A DNA stretch of 64,000 nucleotides from Chiloscyllium plagiosum (Eukaryota), in the NCBI RefSeq assembly GCF_004010195.1, contig NC_057756.1:2606776-2670775 (forward strand), written 5' to 3'. This document shows, one piece after another, positions 38,514 to 51,420 of this stretch (position 1 is the first letter of the stretch; every line of letters begins with the position of its first letter). Made by a program: the position numbers and the translations under genes. The notes under the pieces were generated by a model. It saw only the letters and a program-made list of their open reading frames with translations. It was not told where the DNA came from and ran no database searches.

Positions 38514-39204
38514 GTAAGTCTTTTCATAATCGGATTTCTGAAAAAAAAACATTTGCGTGCTTTTATTCACCACAATGCTATGAGAAGCAAATGCCATGGA
38601 ATTTCATTACACTCCTCATACTTTGAGAATATTTATGACATAACACTTGTTCAACTCATAAACGGAACTAAGCCAATAGGAATCCAAAACCTTGTCAAAC
38701 TGTTGAATTGGCTGAAAAGTTATCAGTGCTTTGTGAAATGCATACGGCGAAGGACAGGAACTTTCGAAAACATACGATTTTTGGTAAACTGAAGTGAGAC
38801 TTTCTGTATCAGGATAAAATCAATTATAAATATCTCTTGCCTTTATTTTTCGAACAGAACATAAATTGACGTAGGAATATACACTTTAACGAGGGGTGAA
38901 TGGCAATTGTAATATGAATAAGAACGCTCAACAATTATAAGTTAGGAACAAAACAACAAACTTAATATCATAAAATTCTGAAGAAGACCAGAAGATTGTG
39001 CTTAAGCACATGTTGCTAATATTACATATTTCCTTGGATGAGAAAAATGGAGAGTTGTGGGACAGATGAGACATACGTAACAGAAAAAACGTCACGTTGA
39101 AGTTAGCTGTCGTTAAATATGTCGAAATCGGTGAACAGAAAAGAACCAAGATGTATTTCTGTTGTTAAAGTATTATATAAGTCAACATGAATTGCAAAGA
39201 ATTG

Positions 39205-39295
39205 AAAAAAGTGGTGCTGGAAAAGCACAGCAGGCCAGGCAGCATCCGAGGAGAAGGAGAAACGACGTTTCGGGCATAAGCCCTTCTTCAGGCAT
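39205..39295 (-). mobile_element. Penelope-type terminal fragment with hammerhead-like core
   Basis: Minus strand reads CCTGAAGAAGGGCTTATGCCCGAAACGTCGTTTCTCC..GGATGCTGCCTGGCCTGCTGTGCTTTTCCAGCACCAC. Confidence 0.65.
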
Positions 39296-41139
39296 GAAAA
39301 GGAGAACATTAAAGAAATCTGCATCACTTTTCGATAATTAAAGTTGTGGGGTCTGTCAGTAGAAGTAGAATTAAGGGCCGAATTTATTTTTCAAAGGTTG
39401 CTTCTCCTTTCCTCTTTGAATTAAAAAAAAACATACGCTCTACTGGATTGATCATTCTCATTTACCGGTTGCTGTTTCAGAAATCTGTAGATTTAAGTTA
39501 ATTGAAATAAGAAAATTAATTAACCCAATCAGTTAAAATTCTAGTCCTGTTGCACACTCAAGTTTCAATATTAATTGCAAAAAGAATGGTTCCGAGAATA
39601 TCAATGCAAACAAACACTCAGAAAATAAAAACAATATCTGTATTTGGTTGGACTTTCAAACAAGAAAATATATCAATCAGAATTTACTAAACAAAAATGT
39701 AAAGCGACAACAGCTAATGCAGGAAATATTAGATAGCAAGACGGTGAAGAAAAGGAATTGCCATGTGGAGTATTTAAGGTCGTGGGAAATAAAGTCCAAA
39801 TTAACTTTGCTGAACGAAATTAGGATTTAGAAGTGTCCTGCTTGGGAAAACTCGATTCATTCAGAAGAATAGCATTACTGTTAGAAAATAATCTCACAGC
39901 CCTCCTCCCCTGAATGCGGTGAGGTTACCTATTGTGACAAATCTGTTCCAGTGAAAAGCCTAGCTGTTAATGACTTTGCGTTTCAAATTTAATGCCTGAG
40001 TTTATACTGTTAATGACATTATTTCTATTGTGTTATTTCCACTCGCTGTCCGAATCACTTTCGCTTCGAATGTGGTTTGGAAGTGAGCGATTTTGGGAAT
40101 ATTTTGCCCACTGCCCATCTATTTTGCCCAGAAATGACCCAAAGAACCACGAGAGCAAAAAGGATGATCATGTTTTGACAATGACATGCAGATTACAAAG
40201 AAATAAAATGCATGTGAGGCTGACACAAGCATTTGTTTTGTAAAGTAATTGTCTTGACGTAACTATGAACACTTCTCGTTGGTTGGCTGATCAAATGTTT
40301 GACATCAGTCTGAGCATTAGAAGTGTCATAATACTATTACGTGTTACTCGCATAATTTCTGAAATTTATAATTCTGCCACAAAGATGGAAACGTATATAT
40401 CTGTGAAGATTTCCAACAATGTATTTCCTGACTGAGTCGTGCTGTGGTATGATGAACGCAGAAACATACTTTGCTTGCCAGGAGAGTTGAAACATTGCCT
40501 TGTGCACGATACGGCATTGTACAATCTCTTGAAATGTAGTCGAAGAATGTGTCACTGAAAATGGCAAGCAGGCCGGGCAGCATCGGGAAGTGGAAGAGTC
40601 GAAGAAACATGCATCAGGTTTGGAAACGTCTGCTGTCATGCTCTTCAGATGTGGCTGGATTGGATGTACTTTTCCAGTGCGACACTTTCGAATATGCTAT
40701 CCGGCATCTGCTGTCCTCCTTCTGTCCTTGCCTCTGGAAAATTTTCGATTTATTGTGGAATTTCAACATTTGTCACACATGCTGAAATACTTATATTTAC
40801 GTACAAGCATGAGGTTTTTAATAATTCTAGCTGTCATTTAACGGCTTATGAACTAAATAAGTAGGGTCTAGACTCCATGCTGCACCAATCAATCAGAAAT
40901 TTGCTTCACTCTGAGTACTAATAAAATGTACAATTGATTTCATTAAAATTCTCATTGGATAACACCTGCACGTTGCGTCCAAAATGAGCTATAGGAAACG
41001 GGTTCCCCAGATATGGATTATGTATGCTCACCAGGAATGCAAAAGCAGGAGATACATGAAAACATCAGGTGATAACACTCTCATGTGAACACGCAAGTCT
41101 TTGTACGCCCGAAAATAGTTTCCTTATCTGAATTTCTGA

Positions 41140-42200
41140 AAAGTGGAAAAAGCTGTTCAGAGACAGAGTGTGGTGTTTGTGGGTTACATTTCAGACTGGA
41201 GATGTGTGGCCAGTGGTGTGCTTCAGGAATCATCGCTAGGTCTACTAATTTTCGTCATTTATGTGAAGGACTTTGATGTTAACAGAAGAGATAAAATTAT
41301 GACGTTTACAGTTGACACCAAAATTGATGGCGTAGTGGATAGCGAACAAGTTTTACTCAGTATCCAAATGGATCTTGCTTAGATGTACCAATAGATTGAG
41401 CAGTATGAGATGGCGTTTAATTTAGGGTGATGTGCAGAATCACATTTTGGAAAGGGAATTCAGAGCAGAAATCATACTCTTAAAGGTAAAGTTCACGGCT
41501 GTGTTACTGAACAAAGGGACCTTGCAATACAGGTTCATAGTTCCTTGAACTTGGATTTTCAGGTTGATGTAGTATCATAGAATGTGCTTGGTATGCTTTC
41601 CTTTATGGTTCAGAGTGTGAGTATAGGATTTGCAGTTGTAGAGGACTTGATTAGGGCATTTTGGAATAATGTGTGCAATTCAGGTCTCCCTGCTCTTCCA
41701 AAAATGTTCTGAAATTGAAAGGGCTTAGAAATAATTTACAAGCATTTTGCCAGAGTTAGGCAATATTTCCGAAAGGGAGTGCTTGATTTTGCCGGGGTTG
41801 TTTTCCCTTCAGTGTCATAGGCTGAGCGGTGTCCTGAGAAAGTTTTATAACATCATGACTATTAGGAATAGGCTTATCAGCATGATCATTTCCCGGACAT
41901 GGCGTAGTAAAGGGCTAGAGGGCATGGTTTCACAGTGAGCTGAGAAAACAATTTCAAATGACATAATAAGCAACGTTGCTACACAGGGTTTTGTGCATAT
42001 GTGGAATGAGCTTTCAGAGGACTTAGTTCCAGATGGTACACATATAAACTTTAAAAAAGGCATATGGATGGGGACATGATTGGGATGGTTCTGGAGGTAT
42101 ATATGTAAAGTATTAGCAAAATTTGTTTAAGATACTTTCTCGGCATGGACGTGCTGGAATGTAGACGTATTTGCTGTAAAACTATATGAATTTCGGATTC
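41140..42200 (+). mobile_element. Old CR1-clade LINE 3' part (unit copy)
   Basis: SDWRCVASGVLQESSLGLLIFVIYVKDFD..FTVDTKIDGVVDSE. Confidence 0.85.
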
Positions 42201-44513
42201 ACTCACCTGCACTCTTACCTGATAATTACCACTAAAAAACTCACAGAAAGGCAACATTGTCTCATTCGGCAGCAGAGGACTTGCATCTCATCAATTTATT
42301 CATCAACTAGTTTCTGTGTGAACTTGAACTCATCCAGATTTATATAAAACATGTTGCAAACTAACTGCAGAGAAATGTAAATTAATATTAAAATCATCCT
42401 GCCAGCCTTCACACTTATTCGGTCGCCACTGTAATCACGTGTGTGCGAAGGGAATCCCAGACTTCTGTATTTGTCAGAGCAATGAGTATCGGAGTTGGGA
42501 GCTGACAAAGCAGATAGAATAATACTTTAATCTAAAGCAATGGAAAATCAAAAGGATCCCACTTTTTCTTTTCTACGAATATTTCAAGTTGGATACATCA
42601 AAAGTCATATATTAAAATCTGCCTGTCTTCTAAAAAAAAGAACGATCATTAACTAACTGTACATTGATAATCAATGCAATATTTTACGGTATGAAAATAT
42701 ACACACAAATCTTTGCATTTATGCAACAATTGAAACACGTGGCATATTCCAAATCATGTACATTGATCTCTCACTATGAATGCTGTTATAGATCAGGCCA
42801 GACACCTTCAATATTCATCCATTGTACAGACGTTTGTTAATAATAAAAACAAACACACTATAAACCCTTTTCCCTGTTTGCTGCCGAGGGCAACATCTAT
42901 TACCCAATAAGATCGTGGCCTCATTTCATACAAGTCGGAATTTAAGCCTTTTACGCTTCCTTTCTAAAAAAAAACTACACACGATGGCAAAGCAGAAGCA
43001 CTGTCGTGTTACACACCAGAATTCAAATCTACACAAAGTCTCATCTTAAAACACAATAAATGACATTGGGGCGACAACAAAGAGAGTCCAAATACGTACT
43101 TCAGCATGTTCAACAACGCACAAAGCCATTTTATATTTGAAATGTGTTTATCTGGTAAAGTCACTTATTGATTGACAGTCAAAAACACAAGGCCCCTCCT
43201 CACAAATGAAAACCCAACTGTTCTTGTCTCCACCTTCTGTGTTTTATTTATTAAAGTAAACAAACAACGCAAGAGGTAATAGCCCAGGTTTTTCTTCTGG
43301 AGTACGGCAGTCTAGATCATTAGGACATCGTGTAAGGGTGACAGGGGAAAGATTTTAAATGGACTTAAGTGGAAGCCTCTTCACACAGAATGTTGTCTGT
43401 GTGTCAAATGAGCTGTCCGAGGAAGTGTTGGAGTGTGCTGCAATTGCAACTTTTAAAAGGCAGCTGGAAAGGTATCTAGCCAAATGATTGCAAATTTGAT
43501 GAGATTAAATTCGGATTTGTGATCGGCATGTATGAGTTGGAATGTGGGATGTGTTTCCATGCTGTACATCTCTATGGTCCAGTTTTTTTTTCCACATGCC
43601 GCACTTTGATTAATCTCTTTCCACATTCCAAGAATGACTCATGTCTGGAACGGTCAGACATCATATGCTTCACATATTAGGAAACATTTTTGTTGGCTGT
43701 GTTATGATGAACTAATTTCTCAATGATCTCACAGACAATCATCTTTGACAGTAAGGACAATGGAAACTGCAGACCTTATCCATTTAAAATTCACTGTCAT
43801 GGCATCTTCATAATCAATAGCATCCAACGTTGTCCTTCGGGCAAACGTCACAATGTTTCAATATATTGCACATTTGATATCCGACAAATAGTAGCAGCAT
43901 GGATAATCCATCATGCAAGCACACAACTACACAATAATCATAGATCACTAAATTCCCGTTTCCAATCCCCTGACCTCAGGTGATGAATTCACACCATCCT
44001 ATCTGGCAGCAATGTCTTTTTGATACATTTACACAAGAGTTTTTGTCTCATTCAAGAATAAATTTATCGAAATATAAGTAAGTCATGCCATGCTGGACGT
44101 ATCTTGCCAATTCTATATGAATGACTACCAGCATGATATATGTGATGTGACTGTTTCAGCAGAATTCCAGTGAGAAAATCCTGGCCAATACATGAGAGAC
44201 TGAAAGAAAAATATATGTTCCATAATGAGTAATTGGGAGATATTTCAGAACAAAGTGATAAAACAGTGAATAAAATACATTTTGGTGAACTGCTTATGGG
44301 AAAAATAAATAATAGTACCGAATCAACTGCTATCAAAACTTTGTCAGACTTTATATTCCCAAAAAGTGAAGTGGACGAAGAAGGCGTTTATCTACTTATT
44401 AACATGGAATTAAGTTTTCAATATTTCCTTCAATATTGACGACTGCATTCATTTTGTGACATTTTGATACAGGGAAAATAAAAACAATTATAATGTCTTT
44501 GTTCCTCTTGCAG

Positions 44514-44534
44514 ATAATGCAGTCAACGAAGCTG
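44514..44534 (+). CDS. 21-nt heptad micro-exon type A (DNAVNEA)
   Basis: ctttgttcctcttgcag|ATAATGCAGTCAACGAAGCTG|gtacgg. Confidence 0.75.
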
Positions 44535-44846
44535 GTACGGTTATGGGCAGACATCAAATTTTGCTATTAGGAATGCTCACAATAAGCCAATACAAGCTGT
44601 CCTGTTTGAATATCGAAAGAAATGAAATTGAATTGAATACATGTTTTTGTCCTTGTGCAGTTGATATTGTGAAGTGATGCCAGAGCTTTGCAGATAGCCA
44701 GAGATCATTTATCAGAGTTGGAATGTAAGAAACTGAAATAATGGAGATGTGATTGAAATAGTGCAAAATTGCATTCCTGTTCTGTTGTACAATTTGCACA
44801 TTTGAATTGTAATTTTTAAAAAAATGGGAATTGTGTTCTGAATTTT

Positions 44847-44900
44847 GCACACACATACACACACACACACTATATATATATAATATATATATATATATAC
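44847..44900. repeat. (CA)n(TA)n microsatellite just upstream of a B micro-exon
   Basis: Directly visible dinucleotide runs. Confidence 0.9.
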
Positions 44901-44944
44901 TTTTCATATTACAACGATTAATAATTTACTAATTTGTCCGACAG

Positions 44945-44965
44945 ATATAAGGAAGTGGAGAGAAG
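44945..44965 (+). CDS. 21-nt heptad micro-exon type B (DIRKWRE)
   Basis: actaatttgtccgacag|ATATAAGGAAGTGGAGAGAAG|gtgaga. Confidence 0.8.
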
Positions 44966-47225
44966 GTGAGACACATGGGCAAAAAAAGATGGTTAGCTGA
45001 TGAGAAAATATGGATTCGTCATTAAAATTCCTTTGGCCATGATCAAATGAAATTGACATTGTTAAATTTATTTCTGACAGTGCATTTTTCGGAGGAAAAT
45101 GTTAACACTTTCATGATTGGGCTAATTGAATAGCAAACGTCCTCTATAACTTGAAAACCTCGATTGTAAGTTCCAGATTTTGTCGTGTGAGTACGTTTGA
45201 AATTAGAATATAGCGGGAAATGCATTCGTTAAACGAACAGCGCATTGCTCAGTTAGAAATTTTTAGTTCATATTAAAGCCAGGCTAGTCATTTTGATTCC
45301 TTGTGGAATTATCTTGGTAATTCTGCCATTTTGTGTCAAAGTCAATCTATTCTGCAAATCCATTCTCAAGTAATTTCATAGTTGGCAAAAAGTCTTTCAA
45401 TGGAAACTTGCTAAAACACTGATGAAAAGTAAAAAAAAAATGTATTTCAACAACAAAAGACACATTGAGCTTTCTCAAATACATCGTACAGTTCACATTA
45501 TCAAAAAACAGACTCAACACTGTCTGTAGGGTACATCAATTGAATAGCATACCCCATTTCTCAGCAACACCTACCTCAACTTTGTCTTCTGACCGATAGT
45601 CATTTATTACCAAACTAGTTAAATCCGAACTACAAGATGACTGATACAATCTGTACATTAATCTACTTTTCTGTGGGAGTGCGAAGAATTTCATGTGGAA
45701 CTACATGCTTCACACACTCATTAGAAATATCATTCTCTTCATTTCCAAACTGACCCGTTTGCAAATTCTTACTCTGCACTCTAATTCAACCAGCAAACTA
45801 CAGACTCAACAGTTAACCTGCTCAACCTGTTAACGGGGTCAGTGTTATTACTCTTGACAGTTTATAAAACAGCCAAACTTTCTTGCCGATAAGGCATTGA
45901 ATGTGACATAATTATTCTGGATATATTTTGCTTAAATAATTTACACTCATTTCTACTTTATTACCTTTGATCACGGAGACAATTATTTGATTTCTTACAC
46001 TCAATGCATCAACTACTGCATAGAAGCTATATCCTATTTTTTCATTTGCAAAATCTACGCCTTAGGCAGCAAGATTCTCACTTATCCAGCCTTCAAAAAG
46101 CATTATATATTCTTCTTCAAATCTATCAAGCCATAAGATTTCACTCTGAAGAGTAATATCCGCCATTCAGGCATTCACAGGTAGAGACCTCTCACTCATC
46201 GCATACATTTCAAAAATGTCGTCTCTCAGGTGGCTTTAAATAAAAATATGCTCAAATCCATGGAAAAGAGAAGGAAGTAACATCAGAAAGCGCCTGTTGA
46301 CCATTTGGTTATTCTTTCTGTTGTTGCCATCAAATTTGCAGTCTTTGAATGAGAATGCAATCTGAAATGGAAGACAAAGAAACGATAATCAAGCAAGCGT
46401 ATGTATGGAAGCATGTTCTATAATCTGTTTAAGAAATCCCATCTTGAATGCTGTACAGAGAGTGTATACATTTGTCAAAGTGGGACTTGACGATTGTGTC
46501 ACGGTGAGGTGTTTTTTTTATTCCGTTTTAGTTGAGGCACAAATATAGTTACAACAATAAATAAAACAAGTGATACATTTTACATTGTGTAAAATTCTTG
46601 GCATCGTGGACAATGAAGACAGTTGTCTCACAGTGACAAGGGATCTTGAGGCCAATGAGCCGAACAGTGGTTGTTCTGCTTAGTATAGAGGTCAAGGAAT
46701 TCATGTGGCTGCTTCCTTGAAAGTGGCACCACAGATTGACAGGGTGGGGTTAATTCCAGCCTTCATTGATTAGAGCTTCATGTGTAGACTAGATGAAGAC
46801 ATTGATGAGGTCATATTTGGGATACCATGTACAGCCAAACTGTACAATCAATCCGTTTTTCATAGAAAGTGTTCAGAAAAAACAATGTTTCTACCAGGAC
46901 TACAGGGCTTGAGTTATGAGAGGAGGATGAATTCATTGGACCTTGGTCATTGGAAGGTACAAGCTTGAGGGTGGCATTATATATAACTATAAACGCAACA
47001 GTGGAATACATGAGGGAAATAACCAGCATCTTTTTCCTTGGGCAGAGAAGTTCAAATTTACAGGGAAACTTTTGAAGTTGACAGGGTAAATATTTAAAAG
47101 ACACCTAAGGGACAACGTTTAAATGCAGAAGGTGTTACGTAAATGGCATTAACTACTGTAAAAACTGTTAGTTGCAGGTAGGGTTAAAGCATTTGAAAGA
47201 AATTTTGTTTAGTATTTCAAATAAT

Positions 47226-47569
47226 TCTTGGAATCCCTACAGTGTGGAAACAGGTCATTTGGCGCAACAACTTAACACTGAAAATCCAAGGAGTAGCCCG
47301 ACCAGAGCCATTGCTGTATCCTATGACGTGATATCCCTTCTGACTAATGTATCTAACCTACATAAGCCGGAACACTATGAGCAATATAGTATGGCCTAAC
47401 CTTCTGTATTGTTAGACAGCTTGAGGAAACCAGAGTACCAGAAGACAACGAGACCAACATGGGGAGAATAGCAAACTTCACATTGACAATCACCAGAGAC
47501 TGGAATTGAATCCGAAGCTCTGGCGCGGTGAGGTAGCACAGATAATCATTGATCCACCGTGTCACCCCA
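47226..47569 (-). mobile_element. tRNA-derived SINE (HE1/V-SINE-like)
   Basis: The reverse complement begins GGGTGACACGGTGGATCAATGATTATCTGTGCTACCTCACCGCGCCAGAGCTTCGGATTCAATTCCAG (A/B-box tRNA head), continues with a V-SINE-like core (AGTTTGCTATTCTCCCCATG..GGTTTCCTC) and ends in a CR1-like tail (CCTGTTTCCACACTGTAGGGATTC). Confidence 0.8.
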
Positions 47570-47761
47570 TGAATAAGAAAGATTTGGGCCAAACGGAGGA
47601 AAATGGGACAGGTTCATGGGTGAATTGAACTGACTAGTACGTGTCCTTGCTGTGTGTCTCCAGTACTGTATGAAATTACGATGAACAATATGATGTTGGT
47701 AACTTAACATATTTCAATCTCACCATGTGATTTTATTTAATGTTTCATTTCACGTCTGCAG

Positions 47762-47782
47762 ATGTTGCAAACGAAAAGATTG
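47762..47782 (+). CDS. 21-nt heptad micro-exon type C (DVANEKI)
   Basis: tttcacgtctgcag|ATGTTGCAAACGAAAAGATTG|gtgagc. Confidence 0.85.
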
Positions 47783-48477
47783 GTGAGCCTTTTTATTTAT
47801 AACTGAATTCCTGAAGCTACCTTGTAGTAGCCTTATTCACCAAAATGCTGTGAGAAGCCAATTAAATGGAATTGTATTATTCTCTGCATGTGAGAAAACA
47901 CAGAAAATATGACACATATTCACGTTAGAAACGGGATTAACACACGATTCGATTCGCAGATTGTGTTTTAAATGATGCATTTTCTCCAAAGTTTCTAACG
48001 TTTCGAGAACTGTACACAACGGAGATACTGTAACACAAAATGCTACATACATAAGTCTGCAGGTAACCTGAATTGAGACGTTTTGTATCAGGCAAGTTTT
48101 AGTTGTATAAATCACTTCCATTTTTGTTATGATTTGAAGTTAATGTTAAAGAGGGGTATACACCTAGCTCTAGGAGAAAGACGATAACTTTAACATGAAC
48201 AAGAAAGAACGATAATTGCAAGTGAGGAAAAAAAACAGCCAAACTATCACGTAAAATTCTAAAAATGGTCAGACGATTATGATTGAGCAGAAGTCGTGTA
48301 CATTGCATATTTTCTTGAATGTAATCTAGGAAGATGTGGGAAATGTGGAATATACAGAACAGAAAAAAAATAATATATATTATATATATATATATTGACG
48401 TTAACTGACGTGAAATCTATCAAACACGGTGAGGAGAAGGGGAGCAAGATGTCTAACGTTTCAAAATATTAGGTATT

Positions 48478-48648
48478 TTGACCATGCCAAATTACCCATA
48501 ATGTTCAGGGAAGTGTAGATTAGGTGCAGAAGTCAGGGATAAATGTATTAGAATAGGGCAATTGCTCTGGGTGGCTTTTGTTTCGGAGTATAAGTATGGA
48601 CATCTTGAGCCAAAAGGGGAGTTTCCACAAGGAAGGGATTCTATGATT
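48478..48648 (+). mobile_element. 3' half of the same SINE family
   Basis: GACCATGCCAAATTACCCATAATGTTCAGGGAAGTGTAGATTAGG..GTTTCCACAAGGAAGGGATTCTATGATT. Confidence 0.65.
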
Positions 48649-50699
48649 AAAAAAGTTGAATATAAATCCACATTCATTACAAGGAGAACAGCAAGGAAAT
48701 CCAAATAACTTGATGATAATTGAAGTTTGTGTGATATGTTAGGAGAAGTAAAAGAAAAGGCAGATTTTATTTGTCAAAATGTGCTTCCGGATTTCTACTT
48801 TGCATTTTAAACGCATACACAGTAATATCTAGGTCATTCTATTAGCCGTGTGTTTCTTTTTTTTAGAAATCTGTAGATTTAATTTAACATCAATGACAGT
48901 ATTCCAGATGCTATTAAGGAAAAAGAAAGAATATGTTTAAAGTCGCAACTTCGAATATTAAATGCAAAAACGTGTCAAAGCATATCAACTCCAACATTCA
49001 GTTTAGAAAATGCACACAATACTTGAATGTGTTCAAGCTTTATGTTTTTTCTAATAAACAAAATAAATTAATAATAATTGATGAAAAATTGTAACGTGAC
49101 AATAGATAATGCAGGAAACATTATTTAACAACACTGTGACTAAAATGCAATTGTGAAGTAGATTATTTAAACTCGTGGAAATAATGTTCATGATGAGTTT
49201 TACTGAACGAAATTAGGATTCAGACATGTCCTGCTTGTTAAAACGTGATTAATATAGAAGAATGGCATTACCGCTGTATCATTATCTCCCTACCTCTTTC
49301 CCTCACTAAGGTGAGGTTAATTATTATGGCGAAGTTATTTCAGTAGAAAACCTCGCTGTTAATGACGTTACATTTCACCTTGAAATTCTGGTTTTATAAT
49401 TTGAGTGGCATATCTGCAGCAATTTCAACTCCTCAATCTGAATCACTTTTTTTAAATTCAGCTCCAATGGTGGTTTCAAAGTGACTGTTTACAGTAACAG
49501 GTTTCCAACATTAATATGCTCTGCCCAGAAGAAAAATAAAGTGAAATAGCCATCGAAGTGAAAGTAGTGAGAATGTTTTCAAAATGATATGTGGATTGCA
49601 AAGAAATAAAATGCATGTGAAGCTGACACATTCACTCGGTTTGTATATTGAATGTTTCGACGTAGTTCTAAACATTTCAAGTTGTTTGTTCGATAAAAAA
49701 AAGTTTATATTACGCTGTCCTTTAAAAGTTGTGTCATACTATGAAGTGGTACTCGTGTAATTTATGAAATTGGCAATTCCGAAACAAACATGGAAAAGTA
49801 TTTGTCTGTGCACAATTGGAGATCAAACATTTACTCAAAGAAGCTTGTGCTAACTAGCACATTTTGATTGATTGGAGAGTTGAAAAATCGAATTGTGCTA
49901 CACAGTTCCTTACACTCTCTGGAAAATATTTCGAAATGTGTGGCCCTGGACATGCACAGCAGTTCAACTTGCATCCGAGAAGCAGGACAGTCAATTTTTC
50001 GAGCATAAACCCTTCATAATTAGTCGAAATGTAGACTTCTGCACCTTGGTTGCTTCTTGAAATGCTGTGCTTTTCCAATGCCACAGTGTTCGACTGTGTT
50101 ATCCAGCATGTGTAGTCCTTACTTCTTACTAATCTGTAAATATGTACAATGTAAATAGGAAAGTGAATATTCGACGATCATGCTGAATTACCGTTATTTA
50201 TGTTGAAGCACGAGACATTACACAATTTTAACTGGCACATAACGGCTTATGAACGAAATAAATAGTTTCTACACTCCACAGTGCAACATTTAATCAGAGA
50301 TTGACTGCTTTTAGAGTACAGACACGAGGTGCATACTTTATCTCGAACGTCTCACTCGATAAAACTTGCATGCTTCGACTGAAATAAGCGAGATCAAACC
50401 AGTTCCGCATACATGGATTAAGCACGTTTTGAGGAATGCAATAGCAGGAGACACATGAAAACATCAACTGATTACCCCAGTACGCATGAGATCTCTGAAT
50501 GTCTGATTGGATAAAACCTGCACGTTATGCCCAAAATAAGCAGTACCAAACGAGATTTCCAGACATTGATTATGCACGTCTCCTGGAACGCATATAGCAG
50601 GAGACACGTGAAAGATTCAGATGTCAGCATTTCCCTCTGCACACTCGAATGGTTGCATGTTTGAACATATTGTTTGTCATCTAAATTTCTGAGAAGCGA

Positions 50700-51420
50700 A
50701 GTACCTGGTAGAGGTCAAAGGATTAGTTTCAAGGCTTGTCACTCAGACTGGAACCCTGTGACTATTGGTGGGGCACAAGGATCGGTGTTGATTCCCCTGT
50801 TTTGTCTCATTTTTGACAATGATTTCTATATGAGCATAGGAGGTACAGTCAGTAAGTTTACAGATGACGTTGAAGTTAGAGGTGCAGTGCACAGCGAAAA
50901 AGGTTAGCTCACAGTACAACTGGACTTCCAACAGATGGGTAATAGACTGAACCGTGGAAGATGGAGTTTAATTTAGAGAATTGTGCATTGCCACGTTTTG
51001 GAAAGGCAAATCAGAACGAGACTCATAAACTTAATGGTCAGGTCATGAGGAGTGTTGCTGACAAATATACCTTGGAGTCCAGGCTCATCGTTCCTTAAAC
51101 ACAGAGTGAGAGGCAGAAAACATCGTGAAGAAGCCGTTTGCTGCACTTTCCTTTATTTGTCAGACCGTTGAGTGTAGGAGTTGCGAGGATATGTTCTGGC
51201 CAAGGGGACATTGGTAAGCCACTTTTGGAGTACTGTGTACAAATATGATCTATCGGAAGAACGCTGTCAAACTTGGAACAGTTCAGAAACGTATGTTGGC
51301 AGGCTCAGAGGACTTCAACTAAAGGTAGAGGCTGAATAGGCTGGGGCTAATTTCTGTAGAGCGTCGGAGGTGAAAAGCTTATCTTGTGGAGGTTTATGAA
51401 ATCTTGAGAGGCATGGACAT
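50700..51420 (+). mobile_element. Old CR1-clade LINE fragment (unit copy), interrupted at 51420
   Basis: SDWNPVTIGGAQGSVLIPLF..VSKFTDD. Confidence 0.8.

Noticed and set aside
47490..47569. tRNA gene on the minus strand
   Set aside because: It is the decayed tRNA-derived head of a SINE, continuous with the SINE body and tail.
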